Shown piece after piece: positions 1 to 10,580 of a stretch of DNA of 64,000 nucleotides. Below the pieces are notes generated by a model, which ran no database searches, had not been told where the DNA came from, and saw only the letters and a list, made by a program, of their open reading frames with translations. Position 1 is the first letter of the stretch; every line of letters begins with the position of its first letter. The position numbers and the translations under genes are program-made. Source of the DNA: Calditrichia bacterium (GTDB lineage Bacteria > Calditrichota > Calditrichia > JAJRVZ01); the NCBI GenBank assembly GCA_963777955.1, contig CAVZSQ010000022.1, positions 32,001 through 96,000 of the forward strand. Reading direction: 5' to 3'.

Positions 1-8
1 CGTCCGGC

Positions 9-1523
9 GTGCTCACCCTCACCCGCCGCGCCGCGGGCTCGGCGTGGGCCGCGGTCGCCGCGCTCCCGTGGGGGGCGCAGCTGGTGGCCGTGCTCGCCGC
101 CGCGACGGTGATCGCCCGCTCGCCCGGGCTGCTCTACAACGGGATCTTCGATCGCGACGAGGCCTACCTGAGCGTGATGGGCGACGTCATGCGGGGCGGC
201 GGCACCCTCTACGTCGACGTCATCGACCGCAAGCCGCCCCTCGTCCCGCTCGCCTACGAGCTGGCCCGCAGCCTCAGCGTCGACATGCGGATGGTCCGGC
301 TGCTCTGCGCCCTCGCCGTGCTGGTCAACGGCGTGCTCGTCGCCCTGCTGGTGCGGCGCCTCGCCGACAGCCGCAACGCCGCCCTCGCCGGCGGCGTGCT
401 GGCCGTGCTCGGCACCGCCTGGTTCCTGCCCGCCGACGCCCAGGCCGCCAACTTCGAGCTCTGGGGCCTCGCCCCCGCCACCGGCGCGGTGCTGGCCGCG
501 GTCATGGCACGCGGCAAGGGGGCCGCGGCCTGGCGGTGGTTCCTCGCCGCCGGTGCGCTCGTCGCCGTGGCGGCCCATGCCAAGCAGCCGTACATCGCCG
601 CCGGCCTGCCCGTGGCGTTCGAGGCGGTGCGGGCCCACACCGGCCGACGCCGCAACCTCGTGGCCGGCGCGGCCGGTGCCGTGCTCGCCACCCTCCCGCT
701 GCTCGTGCTCGTCGACCTGGGCTCGCTGTGGCGCTGGGCCTGGGCCGACAACGGCGACTACCTCGACGGAGGGCTGTCCACCGCCCGGGCGCTGGGCGTC
801 GGCCTCGGGCTCACCGTGGTGTTCCTCTGCTTCCACCTGCCGCTGCTCTACGGCTTCTGGGCGGCGGCCACCCGTCGGGTGAAGCTCGACCCCACGGTGC
901 TGGTGTGGGCCCTCGCCTCGCTGGTGGTCATCCCGCTCGGCCTGCGCTTCTTCGGCCACTACTACCAGCAGCTGGTGCCGCCTCTCGCGGTGCTCTCCGG
1001 CGTCGCGCTGGCCACGGCCTCCCGATGGGCGTGGCGGGTGGTGGGGGCGGCCGCGGCCGTCGCCACGGTCGTGCTGCTCGTGGTGTCGTTCGCCCACCGA
1101 CCCGACCTCACGAACTACACCGCGCTCGGTCGCTACGTGCAGCGCACCACGGCGCCCGACGACCGCATCCTCGTCTGGGGTGCCCTCCCCGACGTGTACG
1201 TCTCGGCCCAGCGTCAGCCCGCCGGCGTGTTCCTCCACGACGGCTACCTCACGGGCAACTGGGCCAGCCGTTCGACCGTGCTCGACCCGGCGGTCGTGGC
1301 CGAGGAGCCCTTCCGCGAGCGGTGGGAGCTGTTCTTCGAGGATGTCGCCGCCGATCCGCCGGAGCTGGTGATCGACGCCGCCCGCCCGGGCACCGACTGG
1401 GCGGCGTACCCACCCAGCCGTTACCCCCTCGGTGCCGTGCTCGAGCAGTGCTACGAGCAGGTCGCCCCGGTCGACGGCCTGCCGATCTGGCGGCGCGACC
1501 ACGTGGCCTGCCCGACACCCTGA
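9..1523 (+). CDS. ArnT/PMT-like (GT-C fold) integral membrane glycosyltransferase
   Basis: 504-aa multi-TM ORF with DRDEAY, LYVDVIDRKPP and FFGHYY motifs typical of GT83/GT39-like proteins. Confidence 0.75.
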   Translation: MLTLTRRAAGSAWAAVAALPWGAQLVAVLAAATVIARSPGLLYNGIFDRDEAYLSVMGDVMRGGGTLYVDVIDRKPPLVPLAYELARSLSVDMRMVRLLCALAVLVNGVLVALLVRRLADSRNAALAGGVLAVLGTAWFLPADAQAANFELWGLAPATGAVLAAVMARGKGAAAWRWFLAAGALVAVAAHAKQPYIAAGLPVAFEAVRAHTGRRRNLVAGAAGAVLATLPLLVLVDLGSLWRWAWADNGDYLDGGLSTARALGVGLGLTVVFLCFHLPLLYGFWAAATRRVKLDPTVLVWALASLVVIPLGLRFFGHYYQQLVPPLAVLSGVALATASRWAWRVVGAAAAVATVVLLVVSFAHRPDLTNYTALGRYVQRTTAPDDRILVWGALPDVYVSAQRQPAGVFLHDGYLTGNWASRSTVLDPAVVAEEPFRERWELFFEDVAADPPELVIDAARPGTDWAAYPPSRYPLGAVLEQCYEQVAPVDGLPIWRRDHVACPTP

Positions 1524-1550
1524 CGGTCGGCGCCGGGCAGGTCCGGTGGG

Positions 1551-2309
1551 TCAGTCGACGGCGGTGGTGCCGCCGTCGACGATGAACGACTGGCCGGTGA
1601 TGAACGACGCGCCGTGGCTCAGCAGGAAGGCGACGGGCTCGCCGATCTCGCGGGGCTGGCCGAGGCGGCCGAGCGGGGCGCTGGCCTGGAACCCCTCCTG
1701 GACCCCGGGGACCTGGAGGGCGGGGGCGAGCATGGGCGTCTCGATGTAGCCGGGGCACACCGCGTTGACGCGCACGCCCTGAGGGCCGAGCTGCTGGGCC
1801 ATCGAGCGCACGGCGCCGAGCATGCCGGCCTTGGACGCGCAGTAGGCGGGGATGGCGGCGTTGCCGATCCAGCCCTCGATGGAGGAGATGCCGACCACGG
1901 CGGAGCCGGGGTTGGCGGTGAGCTCGGGCAGCAGCGCCTGCACCAGCATCGGGAAGGCGGTGAGGTTGATGGAGAGCACGAAGTCCCAGCCCTCGCGGCT
2001 GATCGAGCCGACGGGCTCGGCCAGCACGGTGCCGGCGGCGTGCACGAGGCCGCCGATGGGGCCGACCGCGGCGCGGCTCTGCTCGACGGCGCCCGGGTGG
2101 TTGGCCTCGTCGCTCACGTCGACGCCGAGGCCCACGGCAGCCACGCCGTGGGCGGCGGCGAGGTCGGCGGCCGCGGCGGCGGCCCGGTCGGCGTCGAGGT
2201 CCCAGAGCGCGACCGCCCGGCCCTGCTCGGCGAGCGCGGTGGCGCTGGCCAGGCCGATGCCCGATGCGCCTCCGGTGACGATGACCGCGGTGGTGACGTC
2301 GTTCCCCAT
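1551..2309 (-). CDS. SDR family oxidoreductase
   Basis: [29 protein letters not shown] motifs. Confidence 0.93.
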   Translation of the reverse strand: MGNDVTTAVIVTGGASGIGLASATALAEQGRAVALWDLDADRAAAAAADLAAAHGVAAVGLGVDVSDEANHPGAVEQSRAAVGPIGGLVHAAGTVLAEPVGSISREGWDFVLSINLTAFPMLVQALLPELTANPGSAVVGISSIEGWIGNAAIPAYCASKAGMLGAVRSMAQQLGPQGVRVNAVCPGYIETPMLAPALQVPGVQEGFQASAPLGRLGQPREIGEPVAFLLSHGASFITGQSFIVDGGTTAVD

Positions 2310-2358
2310 GTGTGATCCCCCTGGTGTCGGTGGTGCGGTGCGGTGTGAGCGGGGCCGC

Positions 2359-2940
2359 TCAGCGGCCGGTGGTGTCGAGCTCGTCGAGGTCGGCGAGCAT
2401 CTGGTCGGTGAGGGCGAGCTCGTCCTCGATGCGGCGGCAGGTCCACCGGCCGACGAGGGCCGGGTAGGCCCAGTCCGGTTCGGTGGCCGCGGTGTCGGCC
2501 GACTGGCGGGCGGCTTCGAGTTCGGCCCGGAGCGTGGCCCGGTGGGCCTCGATCTGCTGGCGCAGGCGGTCGGGTGGGGCCATGTGGCCGAGCCAGAGGC
2601 GCAGCATGAGGCCGTGCTTGAGCACGGTGGCCTCGGGGTCGGTCTCGACCTGCCAGCGCTCGAGCGCCTCGCGTCCGGCGGGGGTGATGGCGTAGACCCG
2701 CTTGCCCCGGACGTCGTCGCGGGCGACCACGTGGCTCACCACCAGGCCGAGGCCCTCCAGGCGGCGCAGCTCGGCGTAGATCTGGCTGGTGGCCGGGCTC
2801 CAGTAGAAGAACCGGAGGATGGAGTCGGCCCACTGCTTGATGTCGTAGCCCGAGAGCTCGCGCTCGAAGCTGAGCAGGCCGAGCACCGCCCACGCCGTGG
2901 CGGGGATGGCGGGCAGCTCGTTCCCCTCGTCGGCGCGCAC
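2359..2940 (-). CDS. PadR family transcriptional regulator
   Basis: C-terminal part of ORF 2359..4434: AVLGLL...SGYDIKQ...[11 protein letters not shown]...[17 protein letters not shown] start at 2940. Confidence 0.88.
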   Translation of the reverse strand: MRADEGNELPAIPATAWAVLGLLSFERELSGYDIKQWADSILRFFYWSPATSQIYAELRRLEGLGLVVSHVVARDDVRGKRVYAITPAGREALERWQVETDPEATVLKHGLMLRLWLGHMAPPDRLRQQIEAHRATLRAELEAARQSADTAATEPDWAYPALVGRWTCRRIEDELALTDQMLADLDELDTTGR

Positions 2941-2990
2941 CGGTTCATCCCACCACACGCCTCGTCCACCTTCAACCAGGAGTACTCCGG

Positions 2991-4434
2991 TCAGGCAGAC
3001 GGGGGCCAGGGGGCGAGGCGGGGCCAGGGCAGTGCCTCCTCGATCGCCAGCGCCAGGCGCAGGAGGGTCGCCTCGCTGCCCATGCGGCCGGCGAACTGGA
3101 GCCCGAAGGGCAGGCCGTCGCCGTCGAGTCCCGAGGGGATCGACATGGCCGGCTGGCCGGTGACGTTGAACACGCCGGTGAAGTCGGTGAAGCGGCCGGC
3201 CCGGGTGAACATCGACTGGAGGTCGTTGGCGTCCAGGTACCCGAGCTCGGGCACCGGCTCGACGATGGTGGGGGTGAGCCACAGGTCGTAGGTGCGGTGG
3301 AAGCTCACCGAGGTCGTGGCTGACCTTCTCCATCGCCAGCTGGGCCCGCACCAGCGCGGTGGCCGGTGCGGCCGAGAGGCCGTCGTGCACCGCCCGGGTG
3401 AGGGCCTCGAGGTCGTCGTCGGCCAGCTCGCGGCCGAGCTCGGCGAGGCGGTCCTCGATGGCCACCGCCGACACCGCGCCCATGATCGTGCTCATCGCCG
3501 TGGTGACCTGGGCCGGGTCGTAGGCGGGGGAGGCCTCCTCGACCCGGTGGCCCATCTCCAGCAGCACCTCGACCATGCGCTCCATGGCGGCGAGCGAGGC
3601 GGGGTGGCCCTCGTTGCCGGCGACCGAGGTGGTGGCGTAGGCGATGCGCAGGGTCTCGGGGGCGGTGGCCAGAGCGGCGGTGAACGACCCCTCGGACGGC
3701 GGCGCCGGTGAGGCGTAGGCGTCACCGGGCACGGGGCCGGCGATGGCGTCGAGGAGGGCGGCGCTGTCGCGGACCGTGCGGGTGACGGCGTGGCCGATGG
3801 CGAGCGGGTAGGGGCCGACGCCCGGTGCCGGCCACGCCGGGGTGCGGCCTCGGGTCGGCTTCAGCCCGAACAGCCCGCACGACGAGGCCGGGATGCGGAT
3901 GGAGCCGCCGCCGTCGTTGGCGTGGGCGGCCGGCACGATGCCGGCGGCGACCGCCGCGGCCGAGCCGCCCGACGAGCCGCCGACCGAGTGGGTGGTGCGC
4001 CACGGGTTGCGGGTCGGGCCGTGCAGCAGCGGCTCGGTGCTGGCGTTCTTGCCCATCTCGGGGGTGTTGGTGTTGCCGAGGATCAGCAGGCCGGCGGCCT
4101 TGAAGCGGCGGGTGAGCTCGCAGTCCTCGGCGGCCACGTTGTCGGCCCAGAGCCGTGAGCCGCGGGTGGAGGGGAGCCCGGCGACGTCGCAGCCGAGGTC
4201 CTTCACCAGGAACGGCACGCCGGCGAGGGGGCCGGTGGGGCCGGCGTCGGCCTCGGCCAGCGCCTCGTCGTACCGGGTGGCGAGCACGGCGTTGAGGGTG
4301 CCGTTGCGGGCCTCGATGCGGGCGATGGACGCCTCGGCCAGCTGGCGGGGCGAGAGCTCGCCGGCGGCCACGAGGCCGGCGAGGCCGACGGCGTCCTGGT
4401 CGTCGAGCAGCGCGTCGATGTCGTGGTCGGCCAT
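2991..4434 (-). CDS. Amidase signature family protein (frameshift near 3305)
   Basis: GPLAGVPFLVKD, GGSSGGSAAAVA, DGGGSIRIPAS; C-terminus (FNVTGQPAMSIP...GLPFGLQ) in ORF 2991..3308. Confidence 0.92.
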
Positions 4435-4580
4435 GGGTCCCCCTGCGGTGCGGCGGCGCCCGGCTCGATCGCCGGGGCGCGGTGTGGCCGCAGCTTGGCA
4501 CGGCGCCGGCCGTCCCGATGCGGGCGGCGCTGCTCGGCTGGTCCCGGGGCGGCCTCGGCGGTGCTGCTAGACACGCCGGC

Positions 4581-5366
4581 ATGGCAGACACGGGGGTCCT
4601 GGCCGGCACACGAGCGATCGTCGTCGGGGGCAGCAGCGGCATCGGGCTGGCGACGGCTCGCCTGCTGGCGGCCGACGGATGCCGGGTGACGATCGCCGGG
4701 CGCGACGAGGCCCGGCTCACCGGCGCGGTGGTCGGGCTGGCGGCCGAGGGGCTGGAGGTCCACCCGGTGCGGTGCGACACGCTCATCGCCTCCGACGTGG
4801 CCCGGGCCGTCGAGGTGGCGTGCGAGGGCGACCGGCTCGACATCGCCGTCACCGTGCCCGGCGGCGGCACGCCGATGAACGTCCTCGACTACGAGCCCGA
4901 GCAGTTCTCGGCCGAGGTCGACAAGAACGTGTTCCCGGTCTTCACGCTGCTCAAGTACGCGGGCGAGCGCATGACCGCCGGCGGCTCGTTCGTGGCCGTG
5001 TCGTCGACGGCCGCGGTGTTCTCGACCCGCGGCCTGGCGTCGTACCGCGCCGGCAAGGCGGCGGTCGACGCGCTGGTCGACGTGGCCGCCGACGAGCTGG
5101 GGGAGAAGGGCATCCGGGTGAACTCGGTGCGCCCCGGCCTCACCCGCACCGAGAGCACCGCCGGCATCTTCGCCAACCAGGCGCTGCTCTCCCGCTTCCT
5201 CGAGCAGCAGGCGATCCCCCGGGGCGGCGAGGCGGTCGACATCGGCGCCGCCATCCGCTTCCTCGCCGGCCCCGAGTCGTCGTGGATCACCGGCCAGCAC
5301 CTCACCGTCGACGGCGGCCACACGCTGCGGGCCATGCCCGACATGCGCCCGCCGGCGAAGGGCTGA
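4581..5366 (+). CDS. SDR family oxidoreductase
   Basis: VGGSSGIG, YRAGK, NSVRPG, VDGG; ATG at 4581. Confidence 0.9.
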   Translation: MADTGVLAGTRAIVVGGSSGIGLATARLLAADGCRVTIAGRDEARLTGAVVGLAAEGLEVHPVRCDTLIASDVARAVEVACEGDRLDIAVTVPGGGTPMNVLDYEPEQFSAEVDKNVFPVFTLLKYAGERMTAGGSFVAVSSTAAVFSTRGLASYRAGKAAVDALVDVAADELGEKGIRVNSVRPGLTRTESTAGIFANQALLSRFLEQQAIPRGGEAVDIGAAIRFLAGPESSWITGQHLTVDGGHTLRAMPDMRPPAKG

Positions 5367-5712
5367 TGGCTGATCGGGAGGACGTGGCCGCTCGGCGAGG
5401 CAGGTCCCAGTCTGCTCGGAGCGACAAGCGGTCCGTCCGTGTCTCCAGCGATAGCGACGCCGCGGACGGGCCGATCGGTGTACGGTGATCCAGGACGTGC
5501 TGACGGCTTCACGTCGACAGGCGAGAGCGATGTCGCTGAGAACTGGAACCACGACGGCCACGGTGGACCCTCCCGAAGGGGTGCCGCCCTCAAGATCCGC
5601 TCAATTGTTCGGTCGGCGAAGGGTGTTGGTCCGGTGCATCCGGTGATGCGCTGGCTAAGGTCGCGCCCCGGCAGACGAGTCGTTCGTCGCCAGCATGTGC
5701 CTAGGAGGCTCC

Positions 5713-6109
5713 ATGGTTCTCGCAGCGGACTGGGGGGTGGGCGAGGTCCTCTGGACCTTCATCTACTTCACCTTCATCTTCATCTGGATCTGGCTCGCGA
5801 TCAGCGTCTTCATCGACGTCTTCCGCAGCCACGACATGAACGGCTGGGCCAAGGCCCTCTGGATCCTGTTCATCATCGTGCTGCCGTTCCTCGGCATCTT
5901 CGTCTACCTGATCGCCCGTGGCGGCAAGATGCAGGCCCACGCCGGTCGAGGCCGCCAAGGCACAGGACGCCGCGGCGCAGGAGTACATCCGCCAGGCCGC
6001 CGGCACCGCCAGCCCGGTCGACGAGCTGCACCGCCTGGCCGACCTCAAGGAGCGCGGCGCCATCACCGACGCCGAGTACGAGCAGATGAAGGCCAAGGTC
6101 ATCGGCTGA
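5713..6109 (+). CDS. Small membrane protein with PLDc_N-like helices and a SHOCT domain (frameshift near 5945)
   Basis: GGAGG RBS; DVFRSHDMNGWAKALWILFIIVLPFLG, then DELHRLADLKERGAITDAEYEQMKAKVIG in the shifted frame. Confidence 0.8.
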
Positions 6110-6204
6110 CACCAGGTCGAACCGACCCGGGCCCCGTGCCCGGGTCTGACCTGCATCTGAAGCACCGTGACGGCTCGGGCCGGGAGCGCGCGACGATCTT
6201 CGTC

Positions 6205-7188
6205 GTGACCCCGCCCGAGCCGTCGTCGTATTCCGCCCCGTCCGCCTCCGACCCGTGGGCGCGCGCCGGCCTCAGCGCCGAGCTGATCGGCGAGCGGTTG
6301 GGGGGCGACTTCGACGTCGCCGTCGTGCTCGGCTCCGGCCTCGGCGCCGCCGCCGAGCGGCTGGGCGACGCCTCGATGTCGATGGCCGACGCCGGCTTCC
6401 CGTCGACCAACGTCGTCGGCCACGCCGGCACGATCCTCGCCGGCACCGTGGGCGGCGCCCGCGTGCTGGTGCTCGCCGGCCGGGTCCACCTCTACGAGGG
6501 CCACCACCCGAACGCCGTCGTGCACGGCGTGCGCACGGCCGCCCGGCTCGGCTGCCGCCGCCTGCTGCTCACCAACGCCGCCGGCGGCATCCGCCCCGGC
6601 CTGTCGGTGGGCGACCTCGTCGCCATCTCCGACCACCTGAACCTCACCGGGGCCAACCCGCTGATCGGCACCCACGACCTGCCCCACGAGCGGTTCATCG
6701 ACGTCTCGAACCTGTACCCGCTGGCCCCGACGGTCGCCGCCGCCGGCGGCCTCGAGACCGGCGTCTACGCCGCCCTCCCGGGCCCGAGCTACGAGACGCC
6801 GGCCGAGATCCGCATGCTGGCCACCCTCGGCGCCGACCTCGTCGGCATGTCGACCGTGCTCGAGGCGCTGGCCGCCCACGCCCTCGGCGTGCAGGTCGGC
6901 GGGCTCAGCCTCGTCACCAACGCGGCGGCCGGCCTCGGCGGCGAGCTCAGCCACGAGGAGGTCACCGAGGTCGGGGCGTCCCGGGCCGGCGCGGTGGTCG
7001 ACACCATCGCCGCCGTCTGCGAGGCCATCGCCGCCGACGTGGCCGCCGAGGCCGCCGAGGCCGCAGCGGCGGCCGCGGATCGATCCCCGCCGCGGTCGCA
7101 CCGGCGGTCGTCGCCAGCGCCATCCCCGAGCCGGTCGATCGCCCGTCGCGGATCGTGCTGGCCGGTCGCATCGACCACACCCTGCTGA
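6205..7188 (+). CDS. punA: Purine-nucleoside phosphorylase (possibly fused to DeoC)
   Basis: VVLGSGLG, GRVHLYEG, TNAAGG, GPSYETPAE, GMST, SHEEV motifs; homology ends near 7030. Confidence 0.88.
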   Translation: MTPPEPSSYSAPSASDPWARAGLSAELIGERLGGDFDVAVVLGSGLGAAAERLGDASMSMADAGFPSTNVVGHAGTILAGTVGGARVLVLAGRVHLYEGHHPNAVVHGVRTAARLGCRRLLLTNAAGGIRPGLSVGDLVAISDHLNLTGANPLIGTHDLPHERFIDVSNLYPLAPTVAAAGGLETGVYAALPGPSYETPAEIRMLATLGADLVGMSTVLEALAAHALGVQVGGLSLVTNAAAGLGGELSHEEVTEVGASRAGAVVDTIAAVCEAIAADVAAEAAEAAAAAADRSPPRSHRRSSPAPSPSRSIARRGSCWPVASTTPC

Positions 7189-7802
7189 AGCCGGAGGCCT
7201 CGGCCGCCGACGTCGCCGCCCACTGCGCCGAGGCCGACGACCTCGGTGTCGTGGCCGTGTGCGTGTCGCCCACCCGTCTGGCCCAGGTCGTCGAGCTCGG
7301 GGCCCGCTCGGCGTGGAAGCCGTGCACGGTCATCGGCTTCCCGTCCGGTGCCCACCTCCCGGCGATCAAGGAGGCCGAGGCCCGCCAGGCGGTCTACGAC
7401 GGCGCCACCGAGCTCGACATGGTCATCAACCTGGGGGCGGTCGCCGACGGCGCCTGGGGCCTGCTCACCGAGGAGATCACCCTCGTGCGCCGCACCATCC
7501 CCGCCGGCGTGCTCAAGGTGATCCTCGAGACCGCCGCGCTCCAGCCGTGGCAGATCGAGACCGTGGCCCGCCTCGCCCTCGACGCCGGCGCCGACTTCCT
7601 CAAGACCTCCACCGGGTTCCACCCCGCCGGCGGGGCGACGGTCGAGGCCGTGGCCCAGCTGGCGGCGGTGGCCAAGGGTCGGGCGAAGGTCAAGGCGTCC
7701 GGCGGCATCCGCGACATCGACACCGCGCTCGACATGATCACCGCGGGCGCCGACCGCCTCGGCACCTCGGCCAGCGCGGCGATCCTCGCCGGCCTCGAGT
7801 GA
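7155..7802 (+). CDS. deoC: Deoxyribose-phosphate aldolase
   Basis: IDHTLLKP, VIGFPSG, ELDMV, LKVILET, FLKTSTGF, KASGGIR, RLGTS; start uncertain. Confidence 0.92.
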   Translation: MLAGRIDHTLLKPEASAADVAAHCAEADDLGVVAVCVSPTRLAQVVELGARSAWKPCTVIGFPSGAHLPAIKEAEARQAVYDGATELDMVINLGAVADGAWGLLTEEITLVRRTIPAGVLKVILETAALQPWQIETVARLALDAGADFLKTSTGFHPAGGATVEAVAQLAAVAKGRAKVKASGGIRDIDTALDMITAGADRLGTSASAAILAGLE

Positions 7803-7851
7803 GCGTCCCGGGCTTCTGACGACCCGTCAGGTCCGGTCGTAGGATCGACCG

Positions 7852-9958
7852 GTGACCCACGGACACCTGCTCTCGCCCGGCTCGATCGGGCCCATGCCGC
7901 TGCGCAACCGCATCGTCATGCCGGCCATGGACCAGAACACCTGCGACGAGGGCGAGATCACCGACCTCACCGTGGCCCACTACGAGGCGCGGGCGAAGGG
8001 CGGCGTCGGGCTGCTCATCCTCGAGACCTCGGCCGTGGCCTGGCCGGTCGGCGCCACGTCGATCCACCAGCCGGCGCTCTCCGACGACCGGTTCGTGCCC
8101 GGGCTCGAGCGCCTGGGCCGGGCGGTGCACAAGCACGGGGCGAAGATGGTCGTGCAGGTCTGCCACCACGGCAAGACCGCCGGCGTCGACGCCATGCAGG
8201 ACCGCGACCAGCTCGTGCCCTCGATGCCGATGCCCCACGAGGACGTCGACATCAGCGCCCTCACCATGGACGAGCTGATGAAGATGGCCGCCCTCACCGG
8301 CGGCAAGCGGGCCACCCAGCGCGAGGCCACGGCCGACGACCTGGCGTGGGTCGTCGACCAGTTCGCCGACGCTGCCGCCCGGGTGCAGGCCGCCGGGCTC
8401 GACGGGGTCGAGGTGCACGCCGCCCACGGCTACCTCATCTCCACCTTCCTCTCGCCGCGCTTCAACACCCGCACCGACGAGTGGGGCGGATCGGTCGAGA
8501 ACCGGGCCCGGCTGATGACCGACGTGATCCGGGCCATCCGCACCCGCTGCGGCGACGGGTTCGCGGTGATCGTGCGCATCGACGGCCGCGAGTACGCCGA
8601 GGGCGGGGTCACCCCGGAGCTGGCCGCCGAGCACGCGGTGCTGGCCCAGGCCGCCGGCGCCCACGCCGTGCACGTGTCGGCCAGCGCGCCCAACGCCCTC
8701 GGCGTGGGCTTCACCGACGGTCCGCTGCCGTGGCAGGCCGACCAGTACGTCGGGCTGGCGGCGCTGCGTGAAGCAGTCGATCGCGGTGCCGGTGATCGGT
8801 GTCGGCCGGATCATGCCCGACGCCGCCGAGCGCCACATCGCCAACGGCGAGCTCGACTTCGTGTCGATGGGCCGCCAGCTGCTCGCCGACCCCGAGATCC
8901 CCTCGAAGCTGCTCGCCGGCCGGGCCGACCACGTCCGCACCTGCATCAACTGCTTCGTGTGCGTCGCCCAGAACTTCTGGGACGGCGCTCCGGTGTGCGC
9001 GGTCAACGCCGAGCTCGGCCACTACGACGAGGGCCCGATCGTGCCGGCCGAGGTGCGCCGCACCGTCGCCGTGGTCGGGGGTGGGCCCGGCGGCATGGAG
9101 GCGGCCCGTGTCGCGGCGCTCCGCGGCCACCGGGTCACCCTGTTCGAGAAGGGCACCGAGCTCGGTGGCACCGCCCGCTTCTCGTCGCTCACCACGCCGA
9201 TGAACGCCGAGCTGGTGCGCTACCTCACCAACTCGATCCAGGACCTCGACGTCGAGGTCCTCACCGGCACCGAGGCCACCCCCGACGCCGTGAAGGCCGT
9301 CGGGGCCGAGGCCGTCGTGGTCGCCACCGGCGCCCGCCGCGACCGGCCCGACGTGCCCGGTGCCGACCTGCCCCACGTGCTCTCCGGCGACGACCTGCGG
9401 GGCATGCTGACCGGCGACGACCCGTCGGCGCTGAAGCGCCTGTCGCTCTACCGGCGCACCGTGGTCGCCGTCGGCCGCCGCACCGGGATGATGTCGAGCA
9501 TGGACCGGGTCCGGGGCCTCTCGAAGCGCTGGATGCCCATCGGCAAGAAGGTCGTGGTGATCGGCGGCGGGCTCGTCGGGCTCGAGCTGGCCGAGTTCCT
9601 GGCCGAGCGGGGCCGCAAGGTCACCGTGCTGGAGGCCGGCGACAAGCTCGGGGTCGAGATGGCCCACCCCCGTCGGGCCCGCGCCCTGTTCGAGGCCCGG
9701 GCCCACGGCGTCGAGCTCGTCACCGGGGCCGAGGTCTCGATGATCACCGCCGACCGGGTCGAGTACCGGGTCGGCGACCGCTCGCTCGCCAGCGACGCCG
9801 ACGCCGTCGTCCTGGCCAGCGGTGTGCACGCCGACCGGAGCACCGCCGATCGCATGGAGGCGGCCGGGTTCGAGGTCCACGTGGTGGGAGACGCCGGCGA
9901 GGTCGGCTACATCCAGGGCGCCGTGCGCAGCGGCCATCTCGTCGGTCGGGCCCTCTAG
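7852..9958 (+). CDS. NADH:flavin oxidoreductase (OYE / 2,4-dienoyl-CoA reductase-like; frameshift near 8765)
   Basis: LRNRIVMPAM, EVHAAHGYLISTFLSPRFNTRTDEWGGS, CINCFVC, VGGGPGGMEAA. Confidence 0.9.
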
Positions 9959-9998
9959 CGCCCTGTCGGTCCGCGTCGGTCGCCTATCCTCGGCACCC

Positions 9999-10580
9999 AT
10001 GGTGCTGGGTGGTCTCCTCGGGGTGGTCGCGGGGATCCTCGCGGTCGGGGGGCTGGCCAAGCTCCGCGGACCGGAGGCCACCGTCCCCATGCTCCGGGCC
10101 CTGGGCCTGCCCGCCTCGCCGATGCTCGCCCGTGCCCTCGGGCTGGTCGAGGTCGGCGTCGGCGTCGCCGCCTTCCTCGTCGGCGGATGGGCCCTCGCCG
10201 CCGCGGTGGCCGTGCTGTTCGTGATCTTCACCGTCGCCGTGCTGCGCCTGCGCTCCGGTGGCGAGGCCGTGTCGTGCGGGTGCTTCGGTCGCTCCTCGGC
10301 CCCGCCCACGATGATCCACGCCGTCGTCGACGGTGTGGCGGCGCTGGTCGCCGTCGCCGCCGCGGTGGCCGACGCCCCCGGCTTCCTCTCGATGCGGCCC
10401 GACCTGCCCGCCGCCGGAGTGCCCCAGCTGGGGCTCACCGTGCTCGCGGTGTGGCTCGGCGTCGCCCTGCTCACCGTGCTGCCGGAGGCGCTCGTCGCCG
10501 CCCGCCGGGTCCCCGCCACCGAGGCGCAGCGCGCCGCTCGTGCCCTGCGCACCTTCAGCCTGGAGTCGCCGCTCCCATGA
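9999..10580 (+). CDS. MauE/DoxX-family membrane protein
   Basis: GLAKL...LGLVEV...SCGCFG signature in a hydrophobic protein; ATGA overlap with the next gene. Confidence 0.85.
   Translation: MVLGGLLGVVAGILAVGGLAKLRGPEATVPMLRALGLPASPMLARALGLVEVGVGVAAFLVGGWALAAAVAVLFVIFTVAVLRLRSGGEAVSCGCFGRSSAPPTMIHAVVDGVAALVAVAAAVADAPGFLSMRPDLPAAGVPQLGLTVLAVWLGVALLTVLPEALVAARRVPATEAQRAARALRTFSLESPLP

Noticed and set aside
2359..4434. Amidase-PadR fusion (691-aa ORF)
   Set aside because: Produced by the frameshift near 3305; the true amidase end stops at 2991 and PadR has its own start
5367..5700. Possible small gene or ncRNA between the SDR and the SHOCT gene
   Set aside because: No recognizable motif, codon bias or convincing structure
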